DNA of 64,000 bases, from the NCBI GenBank assembly GCA_963768055.1, contig CAVYGN010000001.1:1624145-1688144 (forward strand), written 5' to 3'. Position numbers and translations under genes: made by a program. The first letter of the stretch is position 1. Each line of letters begins with the position of its first letter. Of the stretch, positions 49,182-59,083 are shown piece by piece. The notes beneath the pieces are model-generated. The model saw nothing but the letters and a program-made list of their open reading frames with translations. It had not been told where the DNA came from and searched no databases. The DNA is from an uncultured Spirochaetota bacterium. GTDB taxonomy: Bacteria > Spirochaetota > Brevinematia > Brevinematales > JAOACQ01.

Positions 49182-50915
49182 ATGCACCCGCTGGAAAAAC
49201 ATCCTATACCGGAAAAAATTAAAAATAGAATGATCTCGATTCTTATGCCCTTCCTTAACGAAGAAAAGATAATCGTTAAAAACACCCATGAAGTCATCAA
49301 TGCCCTGGAGGAAATGGGGCTTAAATTTGAGATCATCCTGATCGACGACGGTTCAAAAGACCGTTCTTATGAATTACTGGCCGAAGAATTCGCTTTTAAC
49401 AGCAAAGTCAGGATTGTAAGGAACATGAGGAATTTCGGCAAGGGCTGGGCTCTTAAAACCGGCTACGAATATTCAAGCGGTTATTACGTGTTGTTCCTGG
49501 ATTCCGATCTCGAGCTTTCGCCCGGACATATTCCGAATTTTTTCAGGGAAATGGTAAAAGAAGATGCCGACGCGGTCATAGGGAGTAAACTCCATCCGCA
49601 GTCCGTTATCGATTACCCTTTGACGAGAAGGATCATCAGCTTATCCTATTATTTTATTATCAGGATATTATTCGGCCTGCCGGTAATGGACTCTCAAACC
49701 GGAATAAAGCTTTTTAAGAGGGAGGCCCTGGAGTTGTCCCTTCCCAAAGTACTCGTAAAAAAATTCGCTTTTGACATCGAACTTCTCATAATTCTTGTTA
49801 AAAGAAAGAAAAAAATCGTCCCGGCCCCGATAGAACTCCGATACAGCCGGAAAAATTTCGGAAATATAAGGTTTGAAACAGCCATGAACACCCTGATAGA
49901 CACGGTTGCGATCTTTTTCAGGGACAAGGTTCTCCATTTTTATGACAGGCCTATGGGGGAAAATAAAAAATATTCTTACACATTTGTACTTTTTCCGGCA
50001 AGATACGACGAATATGAAAAAAAGAGCCTTGGGCATTTCCTGAAAATAATGTACGACGATTACTGTGCGGTATTGATTGGGAAAAACGACATGGGTGTCA
50101 GGGACCAACGCTTGAAATTCTGTAAGTCGGAAGCAGATGATTTCAATACCCGGCTAATGGCCGCCTGGAAAAAGGGGTTGATTACGGGTGAAATAATAAT
50201 ATTTTCCACACTTGAGTGTTATCCGGACGAGAGATTTTTATTTTCGGCCGGAAGGATATTAAGCATTCCGGAGATCGGCAGTACAGGAGGGTATGTAACC
50301 CCCCGGCCGGAACATGCCCCTTTCGAAAACTTCTCATTTTCAGTACTTTCCAGCTTTTTTCTTAATCTCAACCTCGCATACCGTTATAAGCCCTTGAATT
50401 ACATGGAAGTCGGCGAACTCCAGCTTAATGGCCTTTTCATTAAAAGAGATTGCCTGAAAATGGAAAATATGTCAGGAGTACAAAATACAAAGCTCGAATA
50501 CAGCCTGGGAAGCTGGGTAAGGGTTTGCGGAAGAAAGATCGCTTACAGTCCGGACATCATTCTTTACAAAAAGTTCCCGGACAGTCCGAAAGAACTGATC
50601 GATTATGTCAGGACAAGTTCTTCCCAGCGTGCCCGACAGTTCAGAAAAAACCGGATAAATAAACGCACAAGGATCAGAGACAATTTTTATATACTATCTG
50701 TTTTATTACTTATATTTATCCTGGCGGATATCATAGCCCCGTTTTATTTTCATAATATCCTTTTCGCCGCGCCTTTAATCCTGTATTATTCGTTTATGCT
50801 CTTTTGCAGGGTATTGTTTTACGGTTTGAAAGACGGGCTGAAGAGCTTCATATACCTCGCCTATCTTCAGATCGTATATGGCGTCAGGTTCCTGGCGGGC
50901 CTGATCGGAAAATAG
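49182..50915 (+). CDS. GT2 (DPM-synthase-like) fused to a second degenerate GT-A-like domain and C-terminal TM helices
   Basis: MPFLNEE, IDDGSKD, NFGKG, LDSD, DSQTGIK, FAFDIEL. Confidence 0.85.
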   Translation: MHPLEKHPIPEKIKNRMISILMPFLNEEKIIVKNTHEVINALEEMGLKFEIILIDDGSKDRSYELLAEEFAFNSKVRIVRNMRNFGKGWALKTGYEYSSGYYVLFLDSDLELSPGHIPNFFREMVKEDADAVIGSKLHPQSVIDYPLTRRIISLSYYFIIRILFGLPVMDSQTGIKLFKREALELSLPKVLVKKFAFDIELLIILVKRKKKIVPAPIELRYSRKNFGNIRFETAMNTLIDTVAIFFRDKVLHFYDRPMGENKKYSYTFVLFPARYDEYEKKSLGHFLKIMYDDYCAVLIGKNDMGVRDQRLKFCKSEADDFNTRLMAAWKKGLITGEIIIFSTLECYPDERFLFSAGRILSIPEIGSTGGYVTPRPEHAPFENFSFSVLSSFFLNLNLAYRYKPLNYMEVGELQLNGLFIKRDCLKMENMSGVQNTKLEYSLGSWVRVCGRKIAYSPDIILYKKFPDSPKELIDYVRTSSSQRARQFRKNRINKRTRIRDNFYILSVLLLIFILADIIAPFYFHNILFAAPLILYYSFMLFCRVLFYGLKDGLKSFIYLAYLQIVYGVRFLAGLIGK

Positions 50916-50929
50916 AAAATGTTTTACGC

Positions 50930-50960
50930 AAAAAACCCCGTCCATTTGTAAAGGACGGGG
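50930..50960 (-). terminator. Rho-independent terminator of groES (possibly bidirectional)
   Basis: CCCCGTCC/GGACGGGG stem, with an A6 run giving a U-tract on the minus strand. Confidence 0.8.
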
Positions 50961-50986
50961 ATGCGTTAAATTGTTATTATCGATTA

Positions 50987-51283
50987 TTAATCCTTATCCT
51001 TTACTATGGCAAGGATATCATCGGCTGAAACGATAAGAAAATCAGCTCCGTCGATCTTGATCTGAGTTCCGGCGTACTTATCGAAAATTATTTCATCCTT
51101 GGGCTTAACAGTAATGGGTATCAAATCGCCCTTATCATTGGTCTTGCCTGGTCCGACAGCCTCAACTATTCCGGCCTGGGTCTTTTCCTGGGCTGTCTGG
51201 GGAATAAAAATTCCGCCTTTTGTTTTTTCTTCGCTTTCCTTTACCTTGATCAAGACTCTGTTACCCAAAGGTTTTACTTTCAT
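50987..51283 (-). CDS. groS: Co-chaperonin GroES
   Basis: KPLGNRVLIK, TKGGIFIP, AVGPG, KYAGT, DILA. Confidence 0.97.
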   Translation of the reverse strand: MKVKPLGNRVLIKVKESEEKTKGGIFIPQTAQEKTQAGIVEAVGPGKTNDKGDLIPITVKPKDEIIFDKYAGTQIKIDGADFLIVSADDILAIVKDKD

Positions 51284-51358
51284 TATTTCCTCCAATATTA
51301 TTTTATTTTAGATAATAATTTAACTAAAAATTCAAAAAAGGTCAAGTCCTATAGGGCT

Positions 51359-52756
51359 TTAGATTTTCTCTTCGTCGCATAAAATCAGCAGGGCCTTTAA
51401 AAAATCTCTCCTGCTTTCCGCTATCCGGTAATCTTCGAATTTTTTTATTTTAATCTTGCCTCCGAGCACGTCTTCGTAGATATTTAAGAGAGGGCCCGAT
51501 AGTATTGAATAAACCCAATCTCTGGCCATGTTTTTAAGCGCGAATACAACCTTTGCGAAACCTATTTCATCAACTATGAGATCAACCGAGTCTCCGCCGG
51601 AAATTTTTCTCATTACCTCTTTGTTGAAATCCATTTTTCCTACCAGGGGAGCATATGTTAAATCTTTAACTTTCCTGTAGAATTGAGCTAGAGAGAGAAA
51701 CCGCTTTTCCTCGGTAAGCGACCGCGAGAATTCCACATCCTGTCTTATGAGTTCAACTCCATCCTTCGATACATATTTTTCAAAGAAGCCTGCTGCATCG
51801 TTCCATTCAGCAAATGAAAGGGCTTCTACAAGGACCTTTCTCCTGATTTCCGAAAGAATGGCTTGAAAATTCGAATCCCTGTCGAAGGCTGCCAGCCATT
51901 CCGCAACACTTCTTGCCTGCAGCATATGTTTTGCCGCATTCCGCTCGTAACTCCTCGATATAAAATCAAGCGCTTCCATCCCTTTGATGATTATATCAAG
52001 TTCCCTGGCTGCGGCATACAGGTTTCGATGAATAATGTATTTGACCTCTTCGGACCAGCGGTATGTGGATTTTAAACGGGCGAGTTTCACTTTTTCAATG
52101 ACCTGTGCTCTTACCGATTTCGAGAGGTTGTCTGTTATCCTTAATCCGTCGTCTCCAAGGCCATAGATATATGAAGCAAGCATATCGGCTGATGCTATAT
52201 TTTTATGGAGAATATGGTTTAACAGCAGTTGAAGGTCCCTGTCCGATACAGATAGGATAGAATCGGAAAAATTCGGGGGAGGACCCGATAGTTTCCTGTA
52301 AAGAATCTTTTCCAGGGCGCGTATGTGGCCTTCATCGATGAAATCATCCAGGTCGCTGATAGAATGCCCCAGGATTTTAAATATATTCTTGATATTGCTT
52401 TCGAATAGGGACAAAGACCCGGCGAAAACACCAGGACTGCCGTAATTGTAAGGAACAGCCAGGTATTTATTAAACAAGTTACCCGAAAACAACGGCGGCC
52501 TGACCTGTAAAAAAACTTTTTTGCCGCTTATGAGGGATATTATTTTATAGTTTTCAATTTCCTTTGTTACAGTGCTTCGAAGCAATTCAGCTGTCAAATT
52601 ACCGGCCGCAGCCACGCTTAAAGCTGCACAGTCGTCTACCGAATCCTGTTTACTGAAGATCCTCACAGCCAGAAGGATGCTTCCGGACGGCCGGCCGGAT
52701 GAAACTTTATGATATCCCGGATTGAAATTCCGGTTTAATAAAAGATTTCCTATCAT
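51359..52756 (-). CDS. Hypothetical protein with repeated FliG C-terminal-like segments
   Basis: SDRDLQLLL..DNLSK, QAILSEI..LVEAL..YVSKDGVELIRQDVE, and terminal ESRRDFLKALLILCDEEKI. Confidence 0.55.
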   Translation of the reverse strand: MIGNLLLNRNFNPGYHKVSSGRPSGSILLAVRIFSKQDSVDDCAALSVAAAGNLTAELLRSTVTKEIENYKIISLISGKKVFLQVRPPLFSGNLFNKYLAVPYNYGSPGVFAGSLSLFESNIKNIFKILGHSISDLDDFIDEGHIRALEKILYRKLSGPPPNFSDSILSVSDRDLQLLLNHILHKNIASADMLASYIYGLGDDGLRITDNLSKSVRAQVIEKVKLARLKSTYRWSEEVKYIIHRNLYAAARELDIIIKGMEALDFISRSYERNAAKHMLQARSVAEWLAAFDRDSNFQAILSEIRRKVLVEALSFAEWNDAAGFFEKYVSKDGVELIRQDVEFSRSLTEEKRFLSLAQFYRKVKDLTYAPLVGKMDFNKEVMRKISGGDSVDLIVDEIGFAKVVFALKNMARDWVYSILSGPLLNIYEDVLGGKIKIKKFEDYRIAESRRDFLKALLILCDEEKI

Positions 52757-52776
52757 GAATTAATATTAATTAAGAC

Positions 52777-54006
52777 TTACATGTTTTTCAATATCTCCCC
52801 GGCGAATTCGCTTGTCTTAACTTCTTTTGAACCTTCTATCTGCCTCGCGAGGTCGAAAGTCACCGTCTTGCTCATTATAGTCTTTTCAAGGGCTTTTTTT
52901 ATAAGATCGCCTGCTTCATTCCAGCATATATATTCAAGCATCATAACCCCTGATAGTATGACTGAGCCGGGATTGATCCTGTCCTGGTTTGCGTACTTGG
53001 GAGCCGTTCCATGGGTGGCTTCAAAAACGGCGTGATGCTCGCCGATATTCGACCCCGGGGCCATGCCGAGGCCCCCGATCTGGGCTGCTATAGCGTCGGA
53101 CAGGTAATCGCCGTTCAGGTTAGTTGTAACTATAACATCGTAATCTGAAGGTCTTAAAAGGACCTGCTGGAACATGCTGTCTGCGATCCTGTCTTTGACA
53201 ATAACCTTGCCGGATATTTCAGGTCCGGTTATTTCCGACTCGAGAATCACTTTATCCCTGAATTCCCCCGTGGCTACTTCATAAGCCCAATTCTTGAAAG
53301 CGCCCTCCGTATACTTCATGATATTGCCCTTGTGTACGATCGTAACGCTTTTCCTTTTATTCTTCACCGCATAATCAAGAGCCTTCCTCGCTATACGCTT
53401 GCTTCCGAATTCGCTTACAGGTTTTATTCCTATCCCCGAATCTTTTCTTATATCTTTTTTCATGGTATTTCTTAAAAAGTCAATGACGAGCCCTGCTTCT
53501 TTCGACCCTTCCTGCCACTCGATTCCGCTGTATACGTCCTCCGTATTTTCCCTGAAAATGATCATATCGACATCATCCGGATTTTTAACGGGAGAGGGTG
53601 TTCCCTTATAAAACTTAACCGGCCTTATACAGGCGTATAGATCGAGAAGCTGGCGCAGAGTCACGTTAAGGCTTCTGAAGCCTCCTCCGACAGGAGTTGT
53701 CAGGGGCCCTTTTATAGCGACAATATACTCCTTAATAGCCTCAAGCGTCTCGTCGGGGAGATGGCTTTTGTAAAGGGATTCGGCTTTTTCACCGGCGAAA
53801 ATCTCCATCCACAAAATCTCCCTTTTCCCGTTATAGGCTTTTTTGACTGCTCCGTCGAAAACCATTCGGGACGCTCTCCATATATCGGGCCCTGTCCCGT
53901 CGCCCTCTATAAACGGGATAATAGGGTTGTCCGGTATGGATAATTTGCCGTTTTCTATCGCTATCTTTTTTCCGGCCGCAGGGACTTTGATATGCTGATA
54001 ATTCAT
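52777..54006 (-). CDS. icd: NADP-dependent isocitrate dehydrogenase
   Basis: [50 protein letters not shown]. Confidence 0.97.
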   Translation of the reverse strand: MNYQHIKVPAAGKKIAIENGKLSIPDNPIIPFIEGDGTGPDIWRASRMVFDGAVKKAYNGKREILWMEIFAGEKAESLYKSHLPDETLEAIKEYIVAIKGPLTTPVGGGFRSLNVTLRQLLDLYACIRPVKFYKGTPSPVKNPDDVDMIIFRENTEDVYSGIEWQEGSKEAGLVIDFLRNTMKKDIRKDSGIGIKPVSEFGSKRIARKALDYAVKNKRKSVTIVHKGNIMKYTEGAFKNWAYEVATGEFRDKVILESEITGPEISGKVIVKDRIADSMFQQVLLRPSDYDVIVTTNLNGDYLSDAIAAQIGGLGMAPGSNIGEHHAVFEATHGTAPKYANQDRINPGSVILSGVMMLEYICWNEAGDLIKKALEKTIMSKTVTFDLARQIEGSKEVKTSEFAGEILKNM

Positions 54007-54040
54007 AAATACCTCTGCCGATAAATAATATTAAAATTAT

Positions 54041-54177
54041 TTAAGGGCGGTTCTAAAAACTAACATTGTTATTAAAAAAAGATGGTCTTACAGTAATAAA
54101 ACCGCCCAATGGGCCCTACCTTGCTGCCCAAAAGGGCTTGTCCCCGTAAGGGGGGCAGTTATTAGAAGGGCCCTTAA
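54041..54177. mobile_element. TTAA-flanked MITE-like element, copy B
   Basis: TTAAGGGCGGTTCTAAAAAC...GTTATTAGAAGGGCCCTTAA. Confidence 0.75.
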
Positions 54178-54226
54178 TATTAATAATAAAGCGGTAAAAA
54201 GGCAATTTTGAATATCGAAACACCTG

Positions 54227-54391
54227 CTAACTTCTTTGCGTTCTTTGAGCCTCTGCTCTGATTAAATTATAAACCATTTTAAACCTCTCCAGAATGATCC
54301 TGTCAAGGGCCAAGGGCTCGCAATATTTAAGAACCTCTTTTCTAAGGGCTTGGTACTCCTGTTCAAGCATCATCTCCTCTTTATCAGGCAT
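54227..54391 (-). CDS. Small hypothetical protein (54 aa)
   Basis: MPDKEEMMLEQEYQALRKEVLKYCEPLALDRIILERFKMVYNLIRAEAQRTQRS; AAGGAGG RBS; below the ORF-track cutoff. Confidence 0.6.
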   Translation of the reverse strand: MPDKEEMMLEQEYQALRKEVLKYCEPLALDRIILERFKMVYNLIRAEAQRTQRS

Positions 54392-54590
54392 ATGACCTCC
54401 TTGATTATTGATAGTCTAGAACATTTCGAGGCCCCCTTAACTCCTCCCCCGTTCTATTATTAGTATCCGTTGTTAAAATATAATAAAGATGGAACCTTGA
54501 AAAATTAGTTGGAAACCGGATAATTTAAATGGAACTTGTTTTGCTTATTTATGTCATACCATCAATGAAGTGTGTTTTAATATGTTTATA

Positions 54591-56642
54591 TTATTTACAC
54601 ATTGATATCAATTCTTTTAACTTTGATTCTATAAGTTTCCAGTCCTCATTATTGCTTTTATATGAAAACTCCATTATCTTTTTTTTAAAATCAAGTAATG
54701 AAATTCTTAATTTATATTCCTTATGAATATCAATTAATACTTGTTTTCCATCACATTTAATTATCCATTTAGATTCCCAATCATCTTTAATAGAAGTTAT
54801 ACGTTTTTGGATTTCAGATAATACAACATCTTTTCTAAAATCTGTTTTTATTCTAATAGAAGATGCTGCGATTTTATCTAGTATAGAAAATAAATTGTTT
54901 ACAGTTTCTTCCGGATTATCAGTTAATATTTCTGTTATTTTTATATAAATTTCATCAGTTAAATATTTAAGTACAACATCTTTTGCTCCAATTTTGTTTA
55001 TTTGCATAAATGCTATATTTTTTATTATTCCCAACATTGACCCTCTTGTCAATCCATCCTGATTTGCTCCGTTTTCTTTGATAACATCAAATATTGTATC
55101 AGAATTAAGTAAATAATTTTCAAGGCAATATCTATCCCATTGAAGTAAGATAACATTTTTAGTTGATTTCAAACTAGTTGGAAGATTATCAAGATCAAAC
55201 AAGAATAACTGATATGAGTCAAGTGTACCTTTTTTATCTTCATCTTGAAGAGTTTTAATATTTTTTTCAATTTCTTTTCTTCCACCTAAATACTTTGCCG
55301 CATAACCAGGCATAATGGTAGTAATAGCAAAATCTAAAAGTTCTGTGTCATGAGGACCTTCTAAGTAAATAATGCCTTTAGTCGATAATAAATCTGTACT
55401 ACTTGAGCCTAATTTTTGTAGAACACTAAATACTTCAGCTTTATCCTTTTTATAAATTACCGAAATATCATTTCCGGATATTAAATGATAGATTTTGCAA
55501 TCATTTCTCTCAAAAGCAGTTGCAAACATTTCTGGGCTATGAGTACTAAGAATAATTTGTCTATTTTTTACATTACAAACAGTATCAATGAGATAATTTA
55601 TAATCTTCTTTTGGACTGCTGGATTTAAATGTAGTTCGGGTTCATCAAAAAGAATTATTCCATTTTCATTAGTAGTAAGATCCATAAATAGTATAGTTAA
55701 TAATAAATTTTTTTCGCCAGAACTCATACTATCTATATCGTAATGGCTTCCTTTTATAGTATCATTTATCCATATTGAAATATTTCCATTTGGATTTATT
55801 CCAACTCCACCAAGATTTTTTCCAGGAAGTAATGAGTCAAATATTAATTCAAATGTTTCTTCTATCATTTTCTTAGATTCATTACTTGAAAAATACATGT
55901 TAATAATAAATTGTTTTATTAATAGGTATTTTGATTGTGGGTTTGCAATATACGATTGAAGCTGCTGATTCGCATTTTGAAAACCGATTTGTAACGGTTG
56001 ATCACCCAAAGGCAAAGATCTATCTGCTGGAAAATAATTAAAATAAGAATATGAATACCCACTTGTCTCACAAAGTATTGCAAGAAACTCTTGATCTAAT
56101 AAAGAAGAACCAGATATAAGTAGATTATCTATAGTTAAACTTGCAATAGCCTTCTTTGTAGTCAATAGAGTTTTCAAATAAGAATCGATTTCCAAACGAC
56201 CTAATTCCATCATCTGTTTTCCAGGTTCACTACTGAGATATTGAGCTTCAGAAAATGATTCACGAAAAACAGGAAATCTATTTGTATTTTGCAAATGCTT
56301 AATAATCAGATTATTAAAGAAAGATTTTTTTACAGTTTCTATTTCTGATTCCTCAATAGAATATTCAATTGATATCTCAAGCTTTTTGGTTCGATCATTT
56401 AACAAAGTGTTTGTAATAACACCTTGTTGATTTGGACTAATAGCTTTAATACTAGTTAAAACCATATTTGTTTCACCTTGTATGTTTGGAAATAAAAAAG
56501 CCTTATTTAAACGAATAGCCTCGAAAATGGTTGATTTACCAACAGCATTTGGACCTACGATTAAAATTCCTTGAGCATCCGTGTTAAATTCAATATCTTT
56601 TATACCTTTAAGATTAATTATTCTAATTTTGGTAATTTTCAT
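54591..56642 (-). CDS. ABC-type ATPase fused to a TOPRIM/DUF4435-like nuclease (OLD-family / fused PARIS-like), probable anti-phage defence
   Basis: GPNAVGKST, MSSGEK, LFDEPELHLNP, STHSP; then YLEGPHD, FDLD, RYCLENYLL, DGK. Confidence 0.8.
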   Translation of the reverse strand: MKITKIRIINLKGIKDIEFNTDAQGILIVGPNAVGKSTIFEAIRLNKAFLFPNIQGETNMVLTSIKAISPNQQGVITNTLLNDRTKKLEISIEYSIEESEIETVKKSFFNNLIIKHLQNTNRFPVFRESFSEAQYLSSEPGKQMMELGRLEIDSYLKTLLTTKKAIASLTIDNLLISGSSLLDQEFLAILCETSGYSYSYFNYFPADRSLPLGDQPLQIGFQNANQQLQSYIANPQSKYLLIKQFIINMYFSSNESKKMIEETFELIFDSLLPGKNLGGVGINPNGNISIWINDTIKGSHYDIDSMSSGEKNLLLTILFMDLTTNENGIILFDEPELHLNPAVQKKIINYLIDTVCNVKNRQIILSTHSPEMFATAFERNDCKIYHLISGNDISVIYKKDKAEVFSVLQKLGSSSTDLLSTKGIIYLEGPHDTELLDFAITTIMPGYAAKYLGGRKEIEKNIKTLQDEDKKGTLDSYQLFLFDLDNLPTSLKSTKNVILLQWDRYCLENYLLNSDTIFDVIKENGANQDGLTRGSMLGIIKNIAFMQINKIGAKDVVLKYLTDEIYIKITEILTDNPEETVNNLFSILDKIAASSIRIKTDFRKDVVLSEIQKRITSIKDDWESKWIIKCDGKQVLIDIHKEYKLRISLLDFKKKIMEFSYKSNNEDWKLIESKLKELISMCK

Positions 56643-56820
56643 TTTTTACCTCTCTTGAAATTCTTTATATTATATTTATTGAATTGTCTTAATTTTTTCA
56701 ACATTATCTTCAGATCGATTTTAATAAATAACTCCAAAGTTTCTTCAGTTATTAAAGAATATAAATATTTGTTTTATATTTTCTTATTTTTACAAGCCAA
56801 ACTTAGTTTAATTTTTCTAT

Positions 56821-57522
56821 TTATTGCAATAATATTTCAGATTGGCTATCATCTTTTATAATATATTTATTAACTAATTCAATAATGGATTTGCATTCTA
56901 AAAAAGGATATATTTTACGAATAGCTTCATCTAAAACTGTTAAATTATAATCTCCACTCCAGCGTTCTGATTCAGAGATTGTAATATTATTCCCATGCTT
57001 TAAATATTTTTCAAGTAAATCCAGACCTAATTCTTTTTGTCCTTTTTCATCTCTAGCATGCCTTGCTTTTGCTACTGTAGACCATGGATCTCTGCCAGCT
57101 TTTTCACCTTTTCCATGTATTAATGATAAGATTCTAGCAACTTTATGAGCCTCATTTATTGAGTATATTGTACAAGGAACTTTTAAATTATCCCTTTTCC
57201 ATTCATCTGAAATGGTTTTAATCTTTATTGAGATTTCTCTTGGGATTTCGATTTCAGTTAAAAATCCATGTAAGATTTTTAATGATGCTACTCTACGATT
57301 TCCCTCTTTTACAAGATGAATTCCTTTGTCAAACATAATAATGATATTTTCTGTAGGGAAATAACCATTATCTAATAGGCTTTCTAGCAATCCCCAAAAA
57401 TAATCAGGACTTATAGCAATCATAGTATTAACAGCATCTATATCACTTTTTTTATGGATTGTTCTGAAATTATCAAGATCTAATGATAATTTATCAACAG
57501 AGATTTCCCCTAATGTTGGCAT
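56821..57522 (-). CDS. ParB/Srx-like domain protein, probably C-terminally truncated
   Basis: LDLDNFR, LLESLLDNGY, VKEGNRRVASLK, PW motif; ends abruptly in AT-rich sequence. Confidence 0.65.
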   Translation of the reverse strand: MPTLGEISVDKLSLDLDNFRTIHKKSDIDAVNTMIAISPDYFWGLLESLLDNGYFPTENIIIMFDKGIHLVKEGNRRVASLKILHGFLTEIEIPREISIKIKTISDEWKRDNLKVPCTIYSINEAHKVARILSLIHGKGEKAGRDPWSTVAKARHARDEKGQKELGLDLLEKYLKHGNNITISESERWSGDYNLTVLDEAIRKIYPFLECKSIIELVNKYIIKDDSQSEILLQ

Positions 57523-57694
57523 GAATATATCCTAAAACAATGATCTTAAAAAGTTATATTCTATTATATATCGCCAATAACCTATATGAATATAAATATA
57601 TAACAACAATTTATTATTATTTTGTTGAATTGGAAGGTTGCAGTTCGGCAGGTTTAGTGACCCAAGGTCAGCATTTTTGAGGATACTTAAATTC

Positions 57695-58210
57695 TATAAT
57701 TAATTATATTTTTCTCTTAAGAATTCAGATTGTCTTTCAAGTTCTGGGAAAAATGCTCGTTCATTTATTCCTATTCTATTTAACTCATCAAGAATTTTTG
57801 CTTTTTAATAAATAAGAAACTTATTTTTATCTTCTTTTAACAAAATCCAATCTTGATTAAGGATAGCCGGGTTATTTTTTTATAATTTATACCAAATAAA
57901 AAGAAGGCGCCTTCTTGTCTTAAAATTCGTTGATTATTCATTTTAAGACGTACACATATAACTGAATTAATAGTTTTAGGATCTATTAAAGGTAAAAAGT
58001 ATGGTTTTTCACTTTTAATTTCATGTAGAAGAGTTTGCATTTCAGGGGTTTCATTATTGAAATTTTCAATTTCATCATTATTTAAAATTAGGGAATCCTT
58101 TAGTATATTAAAACTAAAAGGTCTTTTTGATATATTGGAAATAATTGAAACACTATCACTTTCATAAAGTCGAATTTCCTTCTTAGGTATTCTAAAAAAC
58201 TATTACTTCC
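57695..58210 (-). pseudogene. C-terminal fragment of an FRG-domain-associated protein, frameshifted
   Basis: EVIVF/RIPKKEIRLYESDSVSIISN, LLHEIKSEKPYF, NQRILRQEGAFFLFG, ILDELNRIGINERAFFPELE in shifting frames; no 5' half. Confidence 0.7.
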
Positions 58211-58230
58211 ACACATTAAGGATTATATTG

Positions 58231-58362
58231 ATGCCTAAAAAAGAGAAAAAGAAAAGAAAATCAAAATATGACAAACCCTTCTCACTTTATCCGTTGAATC
58301 CAGATCAGGCACTGGAAATATTTATGAGCATCCCGCTGGAAAAGGTCAAGGAAATTAAGTAG
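58231..58362 (+). CDS. Small basic protein (43 aa)
   Basis: MPKKEKKKRKSKYDKPFSLYPLNPDQALEIFMSIPLEKVKEIK, translated by hand. Confidence 0.5.
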   Translation: MPKKEKKKRKSKYDKPFSLYPLNPDQALEIFMSIPLEKVKEIK

Positions 58363-58437
58363 AAATAGAAAATTGCTATTGACAATATTTTCCTCCACAT
58401 TATACTTTTACCAAAATTCTTAAAGGAGGAATTGAAA

Positions 58438-58665
58438 ATGGCAGACTTTAAAGTCGGTGATGTTGTTAGATTAAAAAGTGGTGGACCTGATATGACCATC
58501 ATTGAAATTTATGGAGATTCAAAAAACACCCCAAATGCTTATGTAGCCAGATTAAAACATAGGATAGAAGGAGATTTGGTTTGTCGTTGGTTTGATTCAG
58601 GAAAGCAAACTGTTGATTTCTTTGGGCCAAACGAAGTGGTACTTATTCCTTCGGGGCAACAGTAA
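58438..58665 (+). CDS. YodC/DUF2158 family small protein
   Basis: FKVGDVVRLKSGGPDMTI...CRWF; AAGGAGG RBS. Confidence 0.88.
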   Translation: MADFKVGDVVRLKSGGPDMTIIEIYGDSKNTPNAYVARLKHRIEGDLVCRWFDSGKQTVDFFGPNEVVLIPSGQQ

Positions 58666-58825
58666 GAGGGCTAAATTCCATCATCGTAGCATAAATGATC
58701 TTCTGATTGTTGTATATTGCCCCACCAAGAACAGATGAGGGTTCCTCATCTTTTACTTTTTCAACAATCAAATCAGGACTTCCTGATTTAAGTTTTACCT
58801 TATCCCCTTTTTTGTAGTTTTTCAT
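58643..58825 (-). CDS. Second YodC/DUF2158-like ORF, convergent, C-terminus atypical
   Basis: YKKGDKVKLKSGSPDLIV; lacks the CxWF motif. Confidence 0.55.
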   Translation of the reverse strand: MKNYKKGDKVKLKSGSPDLIVEKVKDEEPSSVLGGAIYNNQKIIYATMMEFSPLTVAPKE

Positions 58826-59083
58826 TGTAATTTTACCTTGCTTTCCTTTATACTAAATATAAACGGGCAGACAAAATTTCAGAAGGAAAATTGTATGATA
58901 CAACGTGAACTTAGGAGACTAATTAGAGAATCACGTCTTTCTCAAGAAAGAAAGGCTGTTTGGAGAAATATATTAAACCCACATTTCCCAGATGAAATTT
59001 TGTTTTCTTAGAGAAAACATGGCATAATCATATATCAGGATAGGAATTAGATTACTAAAAAACCTTCATAACTGGAGGATTCA

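Noticed and set aside
57530-57690. Integron attC site between island genes
   Set aside because: Only short AT-rich palindromes; no convincing paired R and L boxes and no integron integrase.
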